Positions 1-9,602 of a stretch of 64,000 bases of DNA are shown here, in pieces. The stretch's first letter is position 1; each line of letters starts with the position of its first letter. Location: NCBI GenBank assembly GCA_023447635.1, contig JAEXNA010000221.1:4063-68062 (forward strand). Direction: 5' to 3'. A program made the translations under genes and the position numbers. The notes beneath the pieces are model-generated. The model ran no database searches. It saw only the letters and a program-made list of their open reading frames with translations, and had not been told where the DNA came from. The DNA comes from Vulcanimicrobiota bacterium (lineage in GTDB: Bacteria > Vulcanimicrobiota > Xenobia > Xenobiales > JADMJV01).

Positions 1-602
1 TGCCGATAGAGCGGGGTCATGAACTCCTGGCCCGGCCAAGCCTCTCCCACCAACAGGTAGCTCATGCACACCGCCAGGTAAGACCAAAAGAGCACCGACC
101 GTCGGAACGGAAGAAAATAAAGAAGAAAAACAAGATAGAACAGCATCTCGAAAACCAGCGTCCAGGCGTGCGGGACGACCGGCTTCTCGTAAGAAGGCCA
201 GAGAAGAAAAGAACTGACGATATCCCATGACCTGTCGCTTGCCGACACATTCGGCAGCAACGTGTACAGGAGCACCGTAAGCAAGGCGATGGGCCAATAG
301 GGCGTATAAATCCTTACAAACCGCTTCTTTATATAAGTCCAGGCGGCGGTGGTTGTTCTCGCGTCGTTCCGGTGAATGTAGTAGATGACGAACCCCGAGA
401 GAGGAAAGAAAAAATCAACCCTCAGATCGTTATTGAGAACGAAATCTAGCCAGCTTAGCTTTTGAGAGGGCTCGCCCACGAACGCCCGAGAGCTCACACT
501 AGAGTGATGCAAACAGACAAAAAGTGCCGCCAAGGCACGCCCGGCTTGCAGGGAATACAGCTTGCGCCTCTCCCCTTCTTGCACGTATGTCCCTGAACTC
601 AT
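1..602 (-). CDS. acyltransferase family 3 (integral-membrane O-acyltransferase), N-terminal ~200 aa; gene continues beyond window start
   Basis: Hand translation of the minus strand from ATG (revcomp of 600-602): MSSGTYVQEGERRKLYSLQAGRALAALFVCLHHS...YWPIALLTVLLYTLLP...HAWTLVFEMLFYLVFFFYFLPF.... Multi-TM protein. The 'RALAALFVxxHH' and 'WTLxxEMxFYLxF' stretches fit the acyltransferase_3 family pattern. Absent from the ORF track because its stop lies outside the window. Confidence 0.55.
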   Translation of the reverse strand, partial: MSSGTYVQEGERRKLYSLQAGRALAALFVCLHHSSVSSRAFVGEPSQKLSWLDFVLNNDLRVDFFFPLSGFVIYYIHRNDARTTTAAWTYIKKRFVRIYTPYWPIALLTVLLYTLLPNVSASDRSWDIVSSFLLWPSYEKPVVPHAWTLVFEMLFYLVFLLYFLPFRRSVLFWSYLAVCMSYLLVGEAWPGQEFMTPLYR

Positions 603-646
603 AGACCCAAAGCCTCCACCGCCCACAATAGGGCATCGAGAGAGCT

Positions 647-1798
647 TTAGCCTCTTTTCTGACTCGTCGGGGTCGGGGTTGTGGTTGGGGCTAGCAGATT
701 CTCCTCCAGGTAGGGCGAGTCGATTTTCGCCTTGCTCAGAATCCGGTGCATCACCTTGGCCCGCTCCGCCTCGACCAGGATGTTGTCGATGGCCGGCTGG
801 ACATCGTCGAACGACGCCTTCCGCTCCGCGATCTGATAAATCGCGAACCCGCCCGCGTTGGTCAGCGGCGGAGTGATCTGCCCCACCTCTAGTTGGGACA
901 GCGCCTCGGCCGTGGCCGGCCCGAACTGCTCGCGAATATCGCCCAGAGTCAGCGAACCCAGAGCCGACACCATCCCGCCGTCTTGGGAGAACTTCTTGCC
1001 CGCCTCAGCCGGGTTCACCCCGTTGCGCAGGGCGGCCACGAAGCCGTCGGCCTTGGCCCGGCTCTCGAAGCGCATGCCGCGCAGGGTGTAGATCGTCAGG
1101 TCCTTCTTGAAGGTCTCGAACACCTCGGTCTTGCGCGCCTTGTCCGTCTCCTTGCCGATGATCTGGCGCAGCAGAATCTCCGCCTCGGCCTCGGGCAGAT
1201 GAATGGCCCCTTGGGGATCGTTCTTGAACCGCTCTTTCAGCTCGATCCGCTCTTCCGGGCTCAGCGACAGCTTCAACCGCTCCGCCTCCTGACGGATCGC
1301 CTCCTGCTCGGTCAAACGCTGCAGCACGGCCGGACCGTGGGCCATCTCCAGCGACTGGATATAGAGCCCCATCGGGATCCGGCGCCCGTTGACCACCACC
1401 GCGGGCTCGTTGCCGCCCAGCGCCGGCCCACGCCCCCGTTTGGGACGGTAGGTCTCGCGGAACAGGAAGGCGGCAAACACCGCCATCAGCGCCAGGAAAA
1501 ACAGCGCGATGATCCAGCCCTGCTTCTTCTGCAGCCAGGCCAGCCATCCGTAGCGCTCGCGACGCCGGGCCCACTCGCGGGCGCTTTGCTCGGACCGCTT
1601 GTGGTTCCAGATCTGGAACCGCTGGTAGGCCAGTTTCAGCTTCGACTCGCCCGAAGCGGCCCGCTGGGCGCGCCGACGCTCGCCCGACAGCGTGCGCCGC
1701 TGCTCCCTGGCCAGCGCCCGACGAAGCCGGGCGTCCTGATACGATCTGGTAAACTGCAGGCGCTGCCGGCGCCACCACTGTGAAAACCCCATACCCAA
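647..1798 (-). CDS. membrane-anchored periplasmic chaperone / peptidyl-prolyl isomerase, SurA-N-like (EpsD-family-like of exosortase loci)
   Basis: 383 aa. Arg-rich N-terminus, one TM (WIIALFFLALMAVFAAFLF), then a SurA_N-like helical domain and a degenerate parvulin-like C-terminus. Same strand and operon as the exosortase. Confidence 0.45.
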   Translation of the reverse strand: MGMGFSQWWRRQRLQFTRSYQDARLRRALAREQRRTLSGERRRAQRAASGESKLKLAYQRFQIWNHKRSEQSAREWARRRERYGWLAWLQKKQGWIIALFFLALMAVFAAFLFRETYRPKRGRGPALGGNEPAVVVNGRRIPMGLYIQSLEMAHGPAVLQRLTEQEAIRQEAERLKLSLSPEERIELKERFKNDPQGAIHLPEAEAEILLRQIIGKETDKARKTEVFETFKKDLTIYTLRGMRFESRAKADGFVAALRNGVNPAEAGKKFSQDGGMVSALGSLTLGDIREQFGPATAEALSQLEVGQITPPLTNAGGFAIYQIAERKASFDDVQPAIDNILVEAERAKVMHRILSKAKIDSPYLEENLLAPTTTPTPTSQKRG

Positions 1799-1825
1799 TC
1801 CTAAATGCGATTTCGCCTGCTAGCC

Positions 1826-2356
1826 TTATCGGCCGTCAGGCAGCACTCGATAGTCTTGTTCTATTAAGCGGCACGACACTTGCCGCCAGCCTCGCTCGGT
1901 CCAGCGCCACCGGTCCTTGGAGCGAGTCGTCAGCTTCACCCTCTGAAGCTGCGTCTTTTGCACGTTGCTGAAAATCTCGGCCTCGATGGTGTCGACCACC
2001 TCGCACTCTGCCTCGTCCTCGGACAGCAGGCGAAAGTTACCGATCACGCCGCTCTCCCGAAGCGAGACCGCTTTGGCCAAAAAGTCGGCCAGCCATGTCT
2101 TTTCGTCGATCGGGTTCATCGGATAGCCGTCCAGGTCGTAGGCTTTGAAATCAGCCGACCGGTAGGCCATCATCCCCGCGCGATACTTCAGCGCAGCCGC
2201 CTTGTAGGTGCTGGCGTAAGCCGCCTCGATCTCGGCGCGCGGCACGGCCAGCGCTGGGGCCCAGAGGGCCAATAGTAAGAGAGTGGAGAGTGAGAGACGG
2301 AATATCGTCATAAGTGTCTCGATAAAGCAAAGATAGAAAGAGAAGGCCGCGGACAA
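1826..2356 (-). CDS. hypothetical secreted protein (signal peptide; start probably at internal Met ~2311)
   Basis: ORF with MTIFRLSLSTLLLLALWAPALA signal-like N-terminus; no recognisable catalytic motif. Confidence 0.35.
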   Translation of the reverse strand: MSAAFSFYLCFIETLMTIFRLSLSTLLLLALWAPALAVPRAEIEAAYASTYKAAALKYRAGMMAYRSADFKAYDLDGYPMNPIDEKTWLADFLAKAVSLRESGVIGNFRLLSEDEAECEVVDTIEAEIFSNVQKTQLQRVKLTTRSKDRWRWTERGWRQVSCRLIEQDYRVLPDGR

Positions 2357-2393
2357 GCCGGGCCTTCTCTCTCGTCAGTCCGAAGCAAAGGAG

Positions 2394-3227
2394 TTAGCCG
2401 ATAACGGCCGACTCCTTGCGTCCGCGACGGTCGGAAACCACGAAGAACAGCAGCATCGCGATAGCGATCGGCAGCCCCGCGGAAGCGGTGTCGATTTCGG
2501 GGACGAGTTGAACGTTGGTGACTGCGAATCCCCCATAGGTGCTATTCGTACCAACCACACCGTAGCCGAATCCAATGATCCAATTGCCAGCGGTGACGCC
2601 GGTCAATGTGTAGCTTGTTCCAGCAAGTCGGCCTGCAGCGGTGGCCGCACTACCCAACACCCGGTTCACACGGGAGTCCGGCCGCTGTGCAGTACCCAGA
2701 GCCAAACCCGAGTCTCCGTTCATCAGAGTAGGGCTTAGCTCGCTGTTCGCTTGACCACCACGAATAAGTGTACCCGTGTAATCGTCAGTATTGAACAGGA
2801 ACACGAAAGGGTCCCCAGTCTGTCCGTTTGAGTTCACGAACCCAACAGCATCGAAAACAATGCTACCGTTAGCTGAGGTCGTGAAGGCTTGATAGATCCC
2901 GGTGAGCTTCGCGTCGCTCATTGCGTTTCCAAAATTGGACGCAACTGCACCAATCGAAGTCGAGTTGAATACAACTTGGTTAAAGAAGCTCTGAGAGCTT
3001 GCACCCGCAGTCCCTCCGCGACCAACGACTAGCCCGTAGGTGTCGCCCCCAAGGATGTTCGAGTTGGTCTGTCCGAAAGCTACTGAAGCGCCTCCAGCAA
3101 CTCCCGCCGTCGACCAAGCCGACCCGTTCGAGAAATTTGAATTTTGGATAGCCGGAGCAGCAATTGCACCTTGGATCATGACCAAGGCTGCAAAAAGCGC
3201 GCCAACTATCCGACTTTTGACCTGCAA
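2394..3227 (-). CDS. VPEID-CTERM (PEP-CTERM variant) sorting-signal surface protein
   Basis: Signal peptide (IVGALFAALVMIQGAIA), Gly/Ser/Thr/Asn-rich body. C-terminus ...LVPEIDTASAGLPIAIAMLLFFVVSDRRGRK = VPEID motif + TM helix + Arg-rich tail, the tripartite exosortase sorting signal. Confidence 0.7.
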   Translation of the reverse strand: MQVKSRIVGALFAALVMIQGAIAAPAIQNSNFSNGSAWSTAGVAGGASVAFGQTNSNILGGDTYGLVVGRGGTAGASSQSFFNQVVFNSTSIGAVASNFGNAMSDAKLTGIYQAFTTSANGSIVFDAVGFVNSNGQTGDPFVFLFNTDDYTGTLIRGGQANSELSPTLMNGDSGLALGTAQRPDSRVNRVLGSAATAAGRLAGTSYTLTGVTAGNWIIGFGYGVVGTNSTYGGFAVTNVQLVPEIDTASAGLPIAIAMLLFFVVSDRRGRKESAVIG

Positions 3228-3351
3228 ATCGATTCCTCCCTAAATAATAGAGCACGCAAGATATCTCTCACGCACCGGCGCTGTTGACTACATAAGGGGA
3301 ACATCCTCTACAGAAAGGACCGATTGCGGAAATTCTGTCCAGGTGGCCGTT

Positions 3352-4914
3352 CTACACCCAAAGGTCCCAGCGCTGGAACACCACCACGTGCACCGCCACG
3401 CAAAGGTTGGCCACCGCATGCGCCACCACCGCGTCGCTCAGCCGGTTGCGGAACGTTCCTGCGTAGGCAAAGGCCACCCCCGCCACCAACCCCGCGAACC
3501 AGGCCTGATGCAGCAACCCGAAGGCCAGAGAGCTGACCGCCACGGCCTTGAGCGGCAGCGAGTCGAACCGCACCGCCGTAAAGTCCTCCGCCTGCAACCG
3601 GCGCAGCAGATAGCCGCGGAAGGCCAACTCCTCGACCACCGGCACCAGAAACACCGAACCGATCAGGCGGGCGAGTAGCCATATCGCCGCGATATTCTCC
3701 GGTAAGTGGTGCCTGGGATCGTCCGCCTCGCCCACCGGGACTAGCCCAATCCACAGAACGTAGACCAGCACCCCTAGCGGTAAGGTACGAAAGTCCGGCG
3801 CGCTCCACAGCCCAAGCCTGGCGTACCGCCTGGCAAACCCCAGCAGCAGCCCCGCCACCAGCAGGCTCCGCACCGGGTACAGCACGTCCACCTCGGACAC
3901 GAACGCCGCGAACAGCAGGGTCAAGAATAGCTGCAGCGCCAGCGGCGCCAGGAACGGCAGCGAGGGAAACTCGTGGGCCTGTCCGCGAGAGCGATGGAAC
4001 AGCTTGAACTTTTCGACCACCGCCAGAAAGCCGAAGCCCAGGAAGACGAAGGCGATCCAGCCGCCCCGCGAGTGAAACGCCTCCAGCGCGACCTCGGGAG
4101 AAACGTAGGCGCCAAGTAGCAGTAAGCAGGCCAGCCGCACCCCGTTCCCCACATAGCTCAGACCCGCTGCCAGCGGCAGCATCACCAGAGCTCCGGGAAA
4201 ACGTAGCTCCCGACGACGCACGACCATATAGATAGTCAAAAAGACCAGAATCAGCCCGATCCCCTCGAATCCGGAACAGTGGTAGCCCACCTGCACGACG
4301 AAGGACGATAGGCCCATGGTGCCTTTGGTCGCGTCCACCTGGGGATGAAAACCCAGGACCCCAAGAACTCCCGTGCAGATCTTGATCGACCCGTTGATCA
4401 GGGCGTCCGAGGTCAGCGGACTTCGACCTCGCTCGGCGGCAAGGATCAGCAGATACACCAGCATCCCGTACCCGCCGTAACGCCGGGCCAGCGGCCACCA
4501 GATGCCGGGCGGCAGCAAACAGCTCAGCCAGCTGAGCCCAAAGGCGCCCCCCAGCAGGGTCAGGGCGCCCAGCCCCAGCGCGACCGACTCGGTCAGGCAG
4601 AGGAGAAGTAATCCGCGAAAGCTCAGCGCTAGCACTCCTGCCGACAGAACGTGCAGCGCCAGCGCCCGCCCAAAGCCGGGCCGGGGCGGCAGCGTCGGCA
4701 GGCGGCGCCACACGGCGTAGGCCGCCACGCCCGTGGTGACCGCCAGCAGCGCCAGCTTTAGCAGCGGCAGCTTGATGGTACGGTAGACTAGCCAGCGCCC
4801 CTCGATAGAAAGCTCGCTGATCAGGCCCAACTCTAAAGCGAGCAGCAGAAAGCAGCCCGCCCAGCGCAGCCAGGCGCGGCGTTGGTCCGGATCAGGGGCA
4901 AAGAGGCGGGACAT
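3352..4914 (-). CDS. xrtE: exosortase fused to CPBP/CAAX-type intramembrane protease (exosortase E/XrtE-like)
   Basis: Start taken at ATG 4914 (MSRLFAPDP...). The 130-aa N-terminal extension in the ORF track overlaps the divergent phosphatase gene. Polytopic protein with exosortase-like Cys motif (VQVGYHCSGFEG) followed by CPBP motifs EELAFRGYL, FGLLHQ, HAVANL. Adjacent to a VPEID-CTERM gene. Confidence 0.7.
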   Translation of the reverse strand: MSRLFAPDPDQRRAWLRWAGCFLLLALELGLISELSIEGRWLVYRTIKLPLLKLALLAVTTGVAAYAVWRRLPTLPPRPGFGRALALHVLSAGVLALSFRGLLLLCLTESVALGLGALTLLGGAFGLSWLSCLLPPGIWWPLARRYGGYGMLVYLLILAAERGRSPLTSDALINGSIKICTGVLGVLGFHPQVDATKGTMGLSSFVVQVGYHCSGFEGIGLILVFLTIYMVVRRRELRFPGALVMLPLAAGLSYVGNGVRLACLLLLGAYVSPEVALEAFHSRGGWIAFVFLGFGFLAVVEKFKLFHRSRGQAHEFPSLPFLAPLALQLFLTLLFAAFVSEVDVLYPVRSLLVAGLLLGFARRYARLGLWSAPDFRTLPLGVLVYVLWIGLVPVGEADDPRHHLPENIAAIWLLARLIGSVFLVPVVEELAFRGYLLRRLQAEDFTAVRFDSLPLKAVAVSSLAFGLLHQAWFAGLVAGVAFAYAGTFRNRLSDAVVAHAVANLCVAVHVVVFQRWDLWV

Positions 4915-4971
4915 AGGCAACCCTTTTAGGCTCGGCCGATCCGCCGTCCTCCTGAAGCCCTTTCTCCACGG

Positions 4972-5469
4972 GTGCCGGTGGGCAAGTCCGTCCTGGCAGG
5001 TGTTCCCCGGGCCAACGCTAAGCCGCCCGCCATGCCTCGCTTTTTCCCAGCGCTGCAGGTCTCGCTCGAGCTGTTTCGCGGGCCCCAGCCCGATTTTGAA
5101 GACATGCTGCACCTGAAATCCCACGGGGTCCGGGCGCTGGTCAACCTTCGCCGCGAAGCCACCGAAAGCGAATTCTTCGCCCGCCAGGCCGGGCTGGAAT
5201 ATCTGCACCTGGCGGTGGAAGACTGGAATATTCCGCAGGAAGGCCAGATCCGCGAATTTTTGCAGTTCCTGAATATTCCGCAGAATCGACCCGCCCTGAT
5301 CCATTGCGCCATGGGCGTAGGCAGAACCGGAACCTTCGTCGCCTGTTACAGAGTGGCCAAAGGTATGACCGCCGACGACGCCATCCGCATGACCAACGAC
5401 GAATCGCCCCTGCGCGGCGTGACCATGAACCGACTCCAGCAGGACTTCGTCCGCAGCTTCCGGCCCTGA
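4972..5469 (+). CDS. protein tyrosine / dual-specificity phosphatase (CX5R)
   Basis: HCAMGVGRTG P-loop (CX5R) signature. GTG start at 4972 per the ORF track; ATG at 5032 (MPRFFPAL) is an alternative start. Confidence 0.7.
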   Translation: MPVGKSVLAGVPRANAKPPAMPRFFPALQVSLELFRGPQPDFEDMLHLKSHGVRALVNLRREATESEFFARQAGLEYLHLAVEDWNIPQEGQIREFLQFLNIPQNRPALIHCAMGVGRTGTFVACYRVAKGMTADDAIRMTNDESPLRGVTMNRLQQDFVRSFRP

Positions 5470-5516
5470 CGCACTCCCAGATAAAGACCGTTTCTGAACC
5501 TAACGCCCTTCCGCCC

Positions 5517-7925
5517 TTGTCTTCTCTCAATCGACCCCGCTTCTGGCTCCACCACATCGGCCTGCTGGCCCCGCTGCTCTGCCTGGCCGGGACGGTCGCC
5601 GTCTACTCCACCGCCCTGAACCCCGGCCTCCCGCTGCTCCTGGCCAACGCGCTGGCCGCCCTATTCTGCGCCTGGCGGCTGCTCTCGTCCCGCCGTCCGT
5701 TCTACCATCCCGGGCTCGATATTTTGCTGGCCCTGGCCCTCTGGGCCGCCCTCTCGGCCACCACCGCGCTCGACCCTTATCTGGCCCAGCGCAGCCTGGC
5801 TACCGGGGTCGGCGGCTGCGGGCTGACCCTGGGCCTGGTGGTCGCCATCCGCTCTTCCAGGGACTGGAAGCTCGCCGCCTACGGGCTGGTCGGCTTCACC
5901 GCCCTGGCCTCGATAGCCGCCTGGCCCGCCGCCTTCGCCGTGGCGCGCCAGACCGGCCACCTGCCCGCCCTGACCGGCACCTACAACAACCCCGACGCTT
6001 TCTCCATCCTGCCCCTGAGCGGCTTCTGCCTCGGTTTCGGCCTGCTGGCCCGGCGACGCGGCGCCGGGACCGGTCTGATGCTGGCCCTGCTCGGGGTGCT
6101 GGCCCTGTCGCTGGCCGCCACCGGATGCCGCTCTGCCCTGCTGGGCGCAACGCTGGGACTGGGCCTCTCCTTCGCGCTTATGGCGACCCACCGCAGCCGC
6201 CGTCTCGCCAAGGCCCGCCCTCTGATGATGGCGCTGCCGATCGTGGTCGTGATGGCGCTGCTGCCGCTCTCGAACTTTGGCCTCTCCGGCCTGGACAAAA
6301 TCTCCCGCACCTTCAACGACGCCGCCTTGCGCAACGAAGCGACCCGCCTGGAAGTGGCCTACTACGGATGGCGCGCGGTAGCCCAGCACGCCGTGCTGGG
6401 CGCCGGACCCGGCTGCTTCGGCCTGGCCTATCAAACCGTCCGTCCCGACCCTCACCCCGACGACTACATCAATCTGGCCCACAACGACCATATCGAAATG
6501 GCGGTCGAACTGGGCTTCCCCGGTCTGCTGCTATGGGCAGCCGCGCTGGCCGCCGCTGCCCACAAAGCTTACGACGGGCTCCTGCACGGACGCCGCCCCG
6601 CCGAAGCTGCCGGCCTGCTGGCCGCCCTGGCCGCGCTGATCGTCTTCGCCTTCTTCAACTTCATCGTGAGCGAGCGCCCCTCGTTCTGGGTCCAGTGCTA
6701 CCTTCTGGGGTTGGCCTACGCCTTCCCCAGCGAGCGCTCGGCCCGCCCCGAACCCAAGCTCGCCCGCCTGCTCTTGACCTTGCCGCTGCTCGCCCTGGCG
6801 CTCTGGGGGGTCACCTTCGCAGCCCGCCTCCTGCAGGCCGACAGCTACGCCGCCACGGCGCGCGGGCAGGCCGAAGGGCTGCTCTTCGAAAGCTCCGCCG
6901 GCGCCTGGGACCAGGCTATCGCCCTGCAGCCCGAGCGCGCCGCCTTCCGCCAGTCGCGCGCCGAAGTCGCCCGCAAACTGGCCACCCTGGGCGTTTATAG
7001 CGAGGCGCCGGTGGTCGAACGCCAACTCCGCTCCGCCCTGCTGGCCAGCCCCGCCAACACCGGGGTGATGGTGCAGCTGGCCCTCTGGTTAGCCCAGAGG
7101 GGGGAAACCAAAGAGGCCAAAGCGCTCCTCGACCAGGCCTCGCGCCTGGCGCCCGGCAGCCCCATGCTGAAACGCCGACGTCAGGAGCTAGCGGTCGGCC
7201 AGGGCCGCTGGGCCGAAGCCGCCGCCCAGGCCTGGGCGGCCTACAAGACCACGGGCCAGGGCCTCACCTCTCTGGCCGAACTGGTCATCGCCGCCGAACT
7301 TGCCAACCCCGGCGCGGGCTGTGCCTTGCTTCGAGAGTGGACCCGAACCCCCAACGAGCGGTCGAGCCTTCTCTGGCAAGAGCTGTTCCGGCAGACCGAG
7401 ACCCGAAAACTTGGCGCCCCCCGGCTGAGTTTTGCCCTGCTCAGGGTCGAACTGTCCCCTACCGATCTGTGCGCCAAGCTGGCTCTGGCCCAGGCAGCGG
7501 CCCAAGGCCCGGGCGGGGTCGAGCAGCAGTTTCAGATCCTGGGCAAAGCGCTGGCCGAAGCCTCCCTGACCACGGACCGCTCGCCCTGCCTGGAACCCGC
7601 GCTCCTGCTTTGGACCAGCCGGGCCGTCGATCGGGGGCAAGTGGCCGCCGCCCAAGAGCGGCTGGGCGGGATTCTGCAGGACCAGCCCCGGCTCCACCGG
7701 GTCCGTCTGCGCCTGGCCGACCTGCTGGCGGTCCAGGGTCAACGCGCCGAAGCCACCGCCCTGCTCAAAGACGGCCTGAGCTTCGACAACAGCTCCGTCG
7801 ATCTGCACCTGGGGCTCGCCCGCCTTTACCGCGCCGGCGGCTCGGCCGACCTGGCCCGAGCCTACGCCAGGGATGCCCTACGCCTGGACCCTACCAGTCA
7901 GGAAGCCAAATCGCTGCTTAAATAG
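5517..7925 (+). CDS. O-antigen ligase (Wzy_C)-like polytopic membrane protein with C-terminal TPR repeats
   Basis: YINLAHNDHIEMAVELGFPGLLLW O-antigen-ligase signature, >=10 TM helices, then ~350 aa TPR-like C-terminus. The 5304 start in the track overlaps the phosphatase gene; TTG at 5517 (in frame) proposed. Confidence 0.6.
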   Translation: MSSLNRPRFWLHHIGLLAPLLCLAGTVAVYSTALNPGLPLLLANALAALFCAWRLLSSRRPFYHPGLDILLALALWAALSATTALDPYLAQRSLATGVGGCGLTLGLVVAIRSSRDWKLAAYGLVGFTALASIAAWPAAFAVARQTGHLPALTGTYNNPDAFSILPLSGFCLGFGLLARRRGAGTGLMLALLGVLALSLAATGCRSALLGATLGLGLSFALMATHRSRRLAKARPLMMALPIVVVMALLPLSNFGLSGLDKISRTFNDAALRNEATRLEVAYYGWRAVAQHAVLGAGPGCFGLAYQTVRPDPHPDDYINLAHNDHIEMAVELGFPGLLLWAAALAAAAHKAYDGLLHGRRPAEAAGLLAALAALIVFAFFNFIVSERPSFWVQCYLLGLAYAFPSERSARPEPKLARLLLTLPLLALALWGVTFAARLLQADSYAATARGQAEGLLFESSAGAWDQAIALQPERAAFRQSRAEVARKLATLGVYSEAPVVERQLRSALLASPANTGVMVQLALWLAQRGETKEAKALLDQASRLAPGSPMLKRRRQELAVGQGRWAEAAAQAWAAYKTTGQGLTSLAELVIAAELANPGAGCALLREWTRTPNERSSLLWQELFRQTETRKLGAPRLSFALLRVELSPTDLCAKLALAQAAAQGPGGVEQQFQILGKALAEASLTTDRSPCLEPALLLWTSRAVDRGQVAAAQERLGGILQDQPRLHRVRLRLADLLAVQGQRAEATALLKDGLSFDNSSVDLHLGLARLYRAGGSADLARAYARDALRLDPTSQEAKSLLK

Positions 7926-8024
7926 TTCAACAAGACTTATTCAAGGATGTACAAGACGTACACACCCTGGCATAAGCCAACACTAGCCCAACTCGTCTAA
8001 AAAGCCGCATCTTCGCCGACCACA

Positions 8025-8648
8025 ATGCTCAGCATGAAGAAACTTCTCTTCTGGCTGGCCTTGTGTGGAGCCGCCGCTGCTCAACCTGTTGTCTCTTCCG
8101 CACAACTCGACCAACTGGTCCTCCCCGTCCCTGACGGATGGTACCGCGTGCAAGACCCCACTCACGGGGACAAACTGGTTCTGGCCAGCGACGGCCCGGC
8201 CGACCGCCAGGCCCTGCTCCTGATCACCCGGGCGCCTGCCCAGAACCGCACCCTCGACGGCGTCCTGAAAGCGGAAAAGACCTACGTGGTCACCCGCATG
8301 AACGGCGTCCTGGGCACTACCGGACGCACCACCGTCGGGGAACTGCCGGCCGTTCAACTCGACTACAGCGGCGCCTCGACCGTGGCCGGCAACGGCCCTC
8401 GCGACTTCCAGCGCACGGTGATCCAGAAGGGCGACGACTTCTACATCTTGCAAGCCGTCGCGCCGGCCGGGGTACTCTCCGACCACAGCGCGACGCTGCA
8501 GGGCGTCTACGACGACCTCTCCTGGTCCGAGGAGAGCCTGCAAGACGCCGGGTCCGAGGCCGCTTCGATGGAAGAATCCGCCGTCGACTCCCCCGCGCCG
8601 TTGCCGGAACAGCCCGCCGAACCTGGTGGGGAAAGCGTAGGTCCGTGA
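8025..8648 (+). CDS. hypothetical secreted protein
   Basis: MKKLLFWLALCGAAAAQP signal peptide, acidic C-terminus; stop overlaps the next start (GTGA). Confidence 0.4.
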   Translation: MLSMKKLLFWLALCGAAAAQPVVSSAQLDQLVLPVPDGWYRVQDPTHGDKLVLASDGPADRQALLLITRAPAQNRTLDGVLKAEKTYVVTRMNGVLGTTGRTTVGELPAVQLDYSGASTVAGNGPRDFQRTVIQKGDDFYILQAVAPAGVLSDHSATLQGVYDDLSWSEESLQDAGSEAASMEESAVDSPAPLPEQPAEPGGESVGP

Positions 8649-9592
8649 GGGCCCGGGGCATCGTGGGGGTCACATGTCTCGGCTTGCTTTGCTTCGCCTA
8701 TCCAACTTTTGCCAACTCCGGGCCGCCCGGGGCGGTTCGCCAGGAGGCGGCCAGCGGTCAGGTGCTGGCCAGCCGTGACGGCCAGGTCTGGGCCGCGCTG
8801 CAGGCCCCGACCCTGCAGCCGGGCGATCGGGTTCGCACCGGACCCGACGGCCAGACTGTCCTCCACTTCTCCAGCGGCGACCGGATTCGCCTGGCCCCTG
8901 GTTCGGAACTGGTCTGGCAGTCGACCCGCTCGGGCCGGACCGAACTCGAACTGCAGCGAGGCCAGCTGTACGGCCAGGCCGCCGGTAACCTGCGGGTCGA
9001 TACCGCCCGCTCGCGCACCACGGCCTCGCGAGGCGAATTCTTCCTGCAAACTCAGACCGCAGGGGCCCGCCTGCAGGTGCTCGGCGGCAACGCCAGGCTG
9101 GTGTCCAAGGACGGCGACGCACCGCGCTATCCGGACCTGGGCCGCCTGCCTCCCGGCGTCGACGGACAAAAACTGCTGGGGCGACAGAACGCCACCGATC
9201 AGATGGTGGGCGACTTCGATCCCTCCGAAGACACCAGGCTGGCCGGGGGTCCCAGCAAGGGCAAGGACGCCGGGCCGCGCAAAGCGACCTCTAGCGAGGC
9301 TGTAGGCAGCTTTCACGAACTGCGACCCGATGCCGACATCGTGGCGCCCACTCCCCCCGCTCCGCCCGTTGTCCAGGCCACGCCACCGGCCGTGGCCTCT
9401 CCTCCGCCCACCGTGGCGGTGGCACCCGCCGCGGCCGTGGGGGGAGGCACCTCTCCGTTCCTTTTTGGAGGGATCGGAGGGCTGGCGCTGGTGGGAGTGC
9501 TGACCGGAGTAACCCCCGGCGGGGACGACGACAACGAGGTCACGGTGCCGCCGGCCGAAAACCCGCCCGTGCCCTCGCCCTCGCGGTCTTAG
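8645..9592 (+). CDS. FecR-domain protein with Pro/Ala-rich linker and Gly-rich hydrophobic C-terminal segment
   Basis: GTG 8645 in frame with the 8138 ORF, whose N-terminal 169 aa look non-coding. Signal-like start (GIVGVTCLGLLCFAYPTFANS). FecR-like GDRVRTGPDGQTVLHFSSGDRIRLAPGSEL. C-terminal PTPPAPPVV...FLFGGIGGLALVGVLTGV. Confidence 0.5.
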   Translation: MRARGIVGVTCLGLLCFAYPTFANSGPPGAVRQEAASGQVLASRDGQVWAALQAPTLQPGDRVRTGPDGQTVLHFSSGDRIRLAPGSELVWQSTRSGRTELELQRGQLYGQAAGNLRVDTARSRTTASRGEFFLQTQTAGARLQVLGGNARLVSKDGDAPRYPDLGRLPPGVDGQKLLGRQNATDQMVGDFDPSEDTRLAGGPSKGKDAGPRKATSSEAVGSFHELRPDADIVAPTPPAPPVVQATPPAVASPPPTVAVAPAAAVGGGTSPFLFGGIGGLALVGVLTGVTPGGDDDNEVTVPPAENPPVPSPSRS

Positions 9593-9602
9593 AGGCGTCG
9601 CC

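Noticed and set aside
3308-4711. 467-aa minus-strand ORF (and 3343..3678, 3921..4154, 4345..4611 and similar) overlapping the exosortase gene
   Set aside because: Low-complexity Arg/Gly/Ala/Pro-rich translations typical of spurious ORFs in the other frames of a high-GC gene; no motifs; the exosortase frame has clear domain signatures.
4915-5304. 130-aa N-terminal extension of the exosortase ORF in the track (start 5304)
   Set aside because: Overlaps the divergent phosphatase gene, carries no hydrophobic or conserved features; the ATG at 4914 (MSRLF...) gives a sensible N-terminus.
5661-7025. Several long antisense/out-of-frame ORFs (5661..6491, 6125..7000, 6531..7025, 7188..7808, 7337..7921) inside the O-antigen-ligase-TPR gene
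   Set aside because: Gly/Arg/Pro-rich low-complexity products; high-GC frame artefacts.
8138-8644. N-terminal 169 aa of the 484-aa ORF preceding the FecR-domain protein
   Set aside because: Arg/Pro/His-rich nonsense-like sequence overlapping the genuine upstream secreted-protein gene in another frame; GTG 8645 gives a signal-peptide start.
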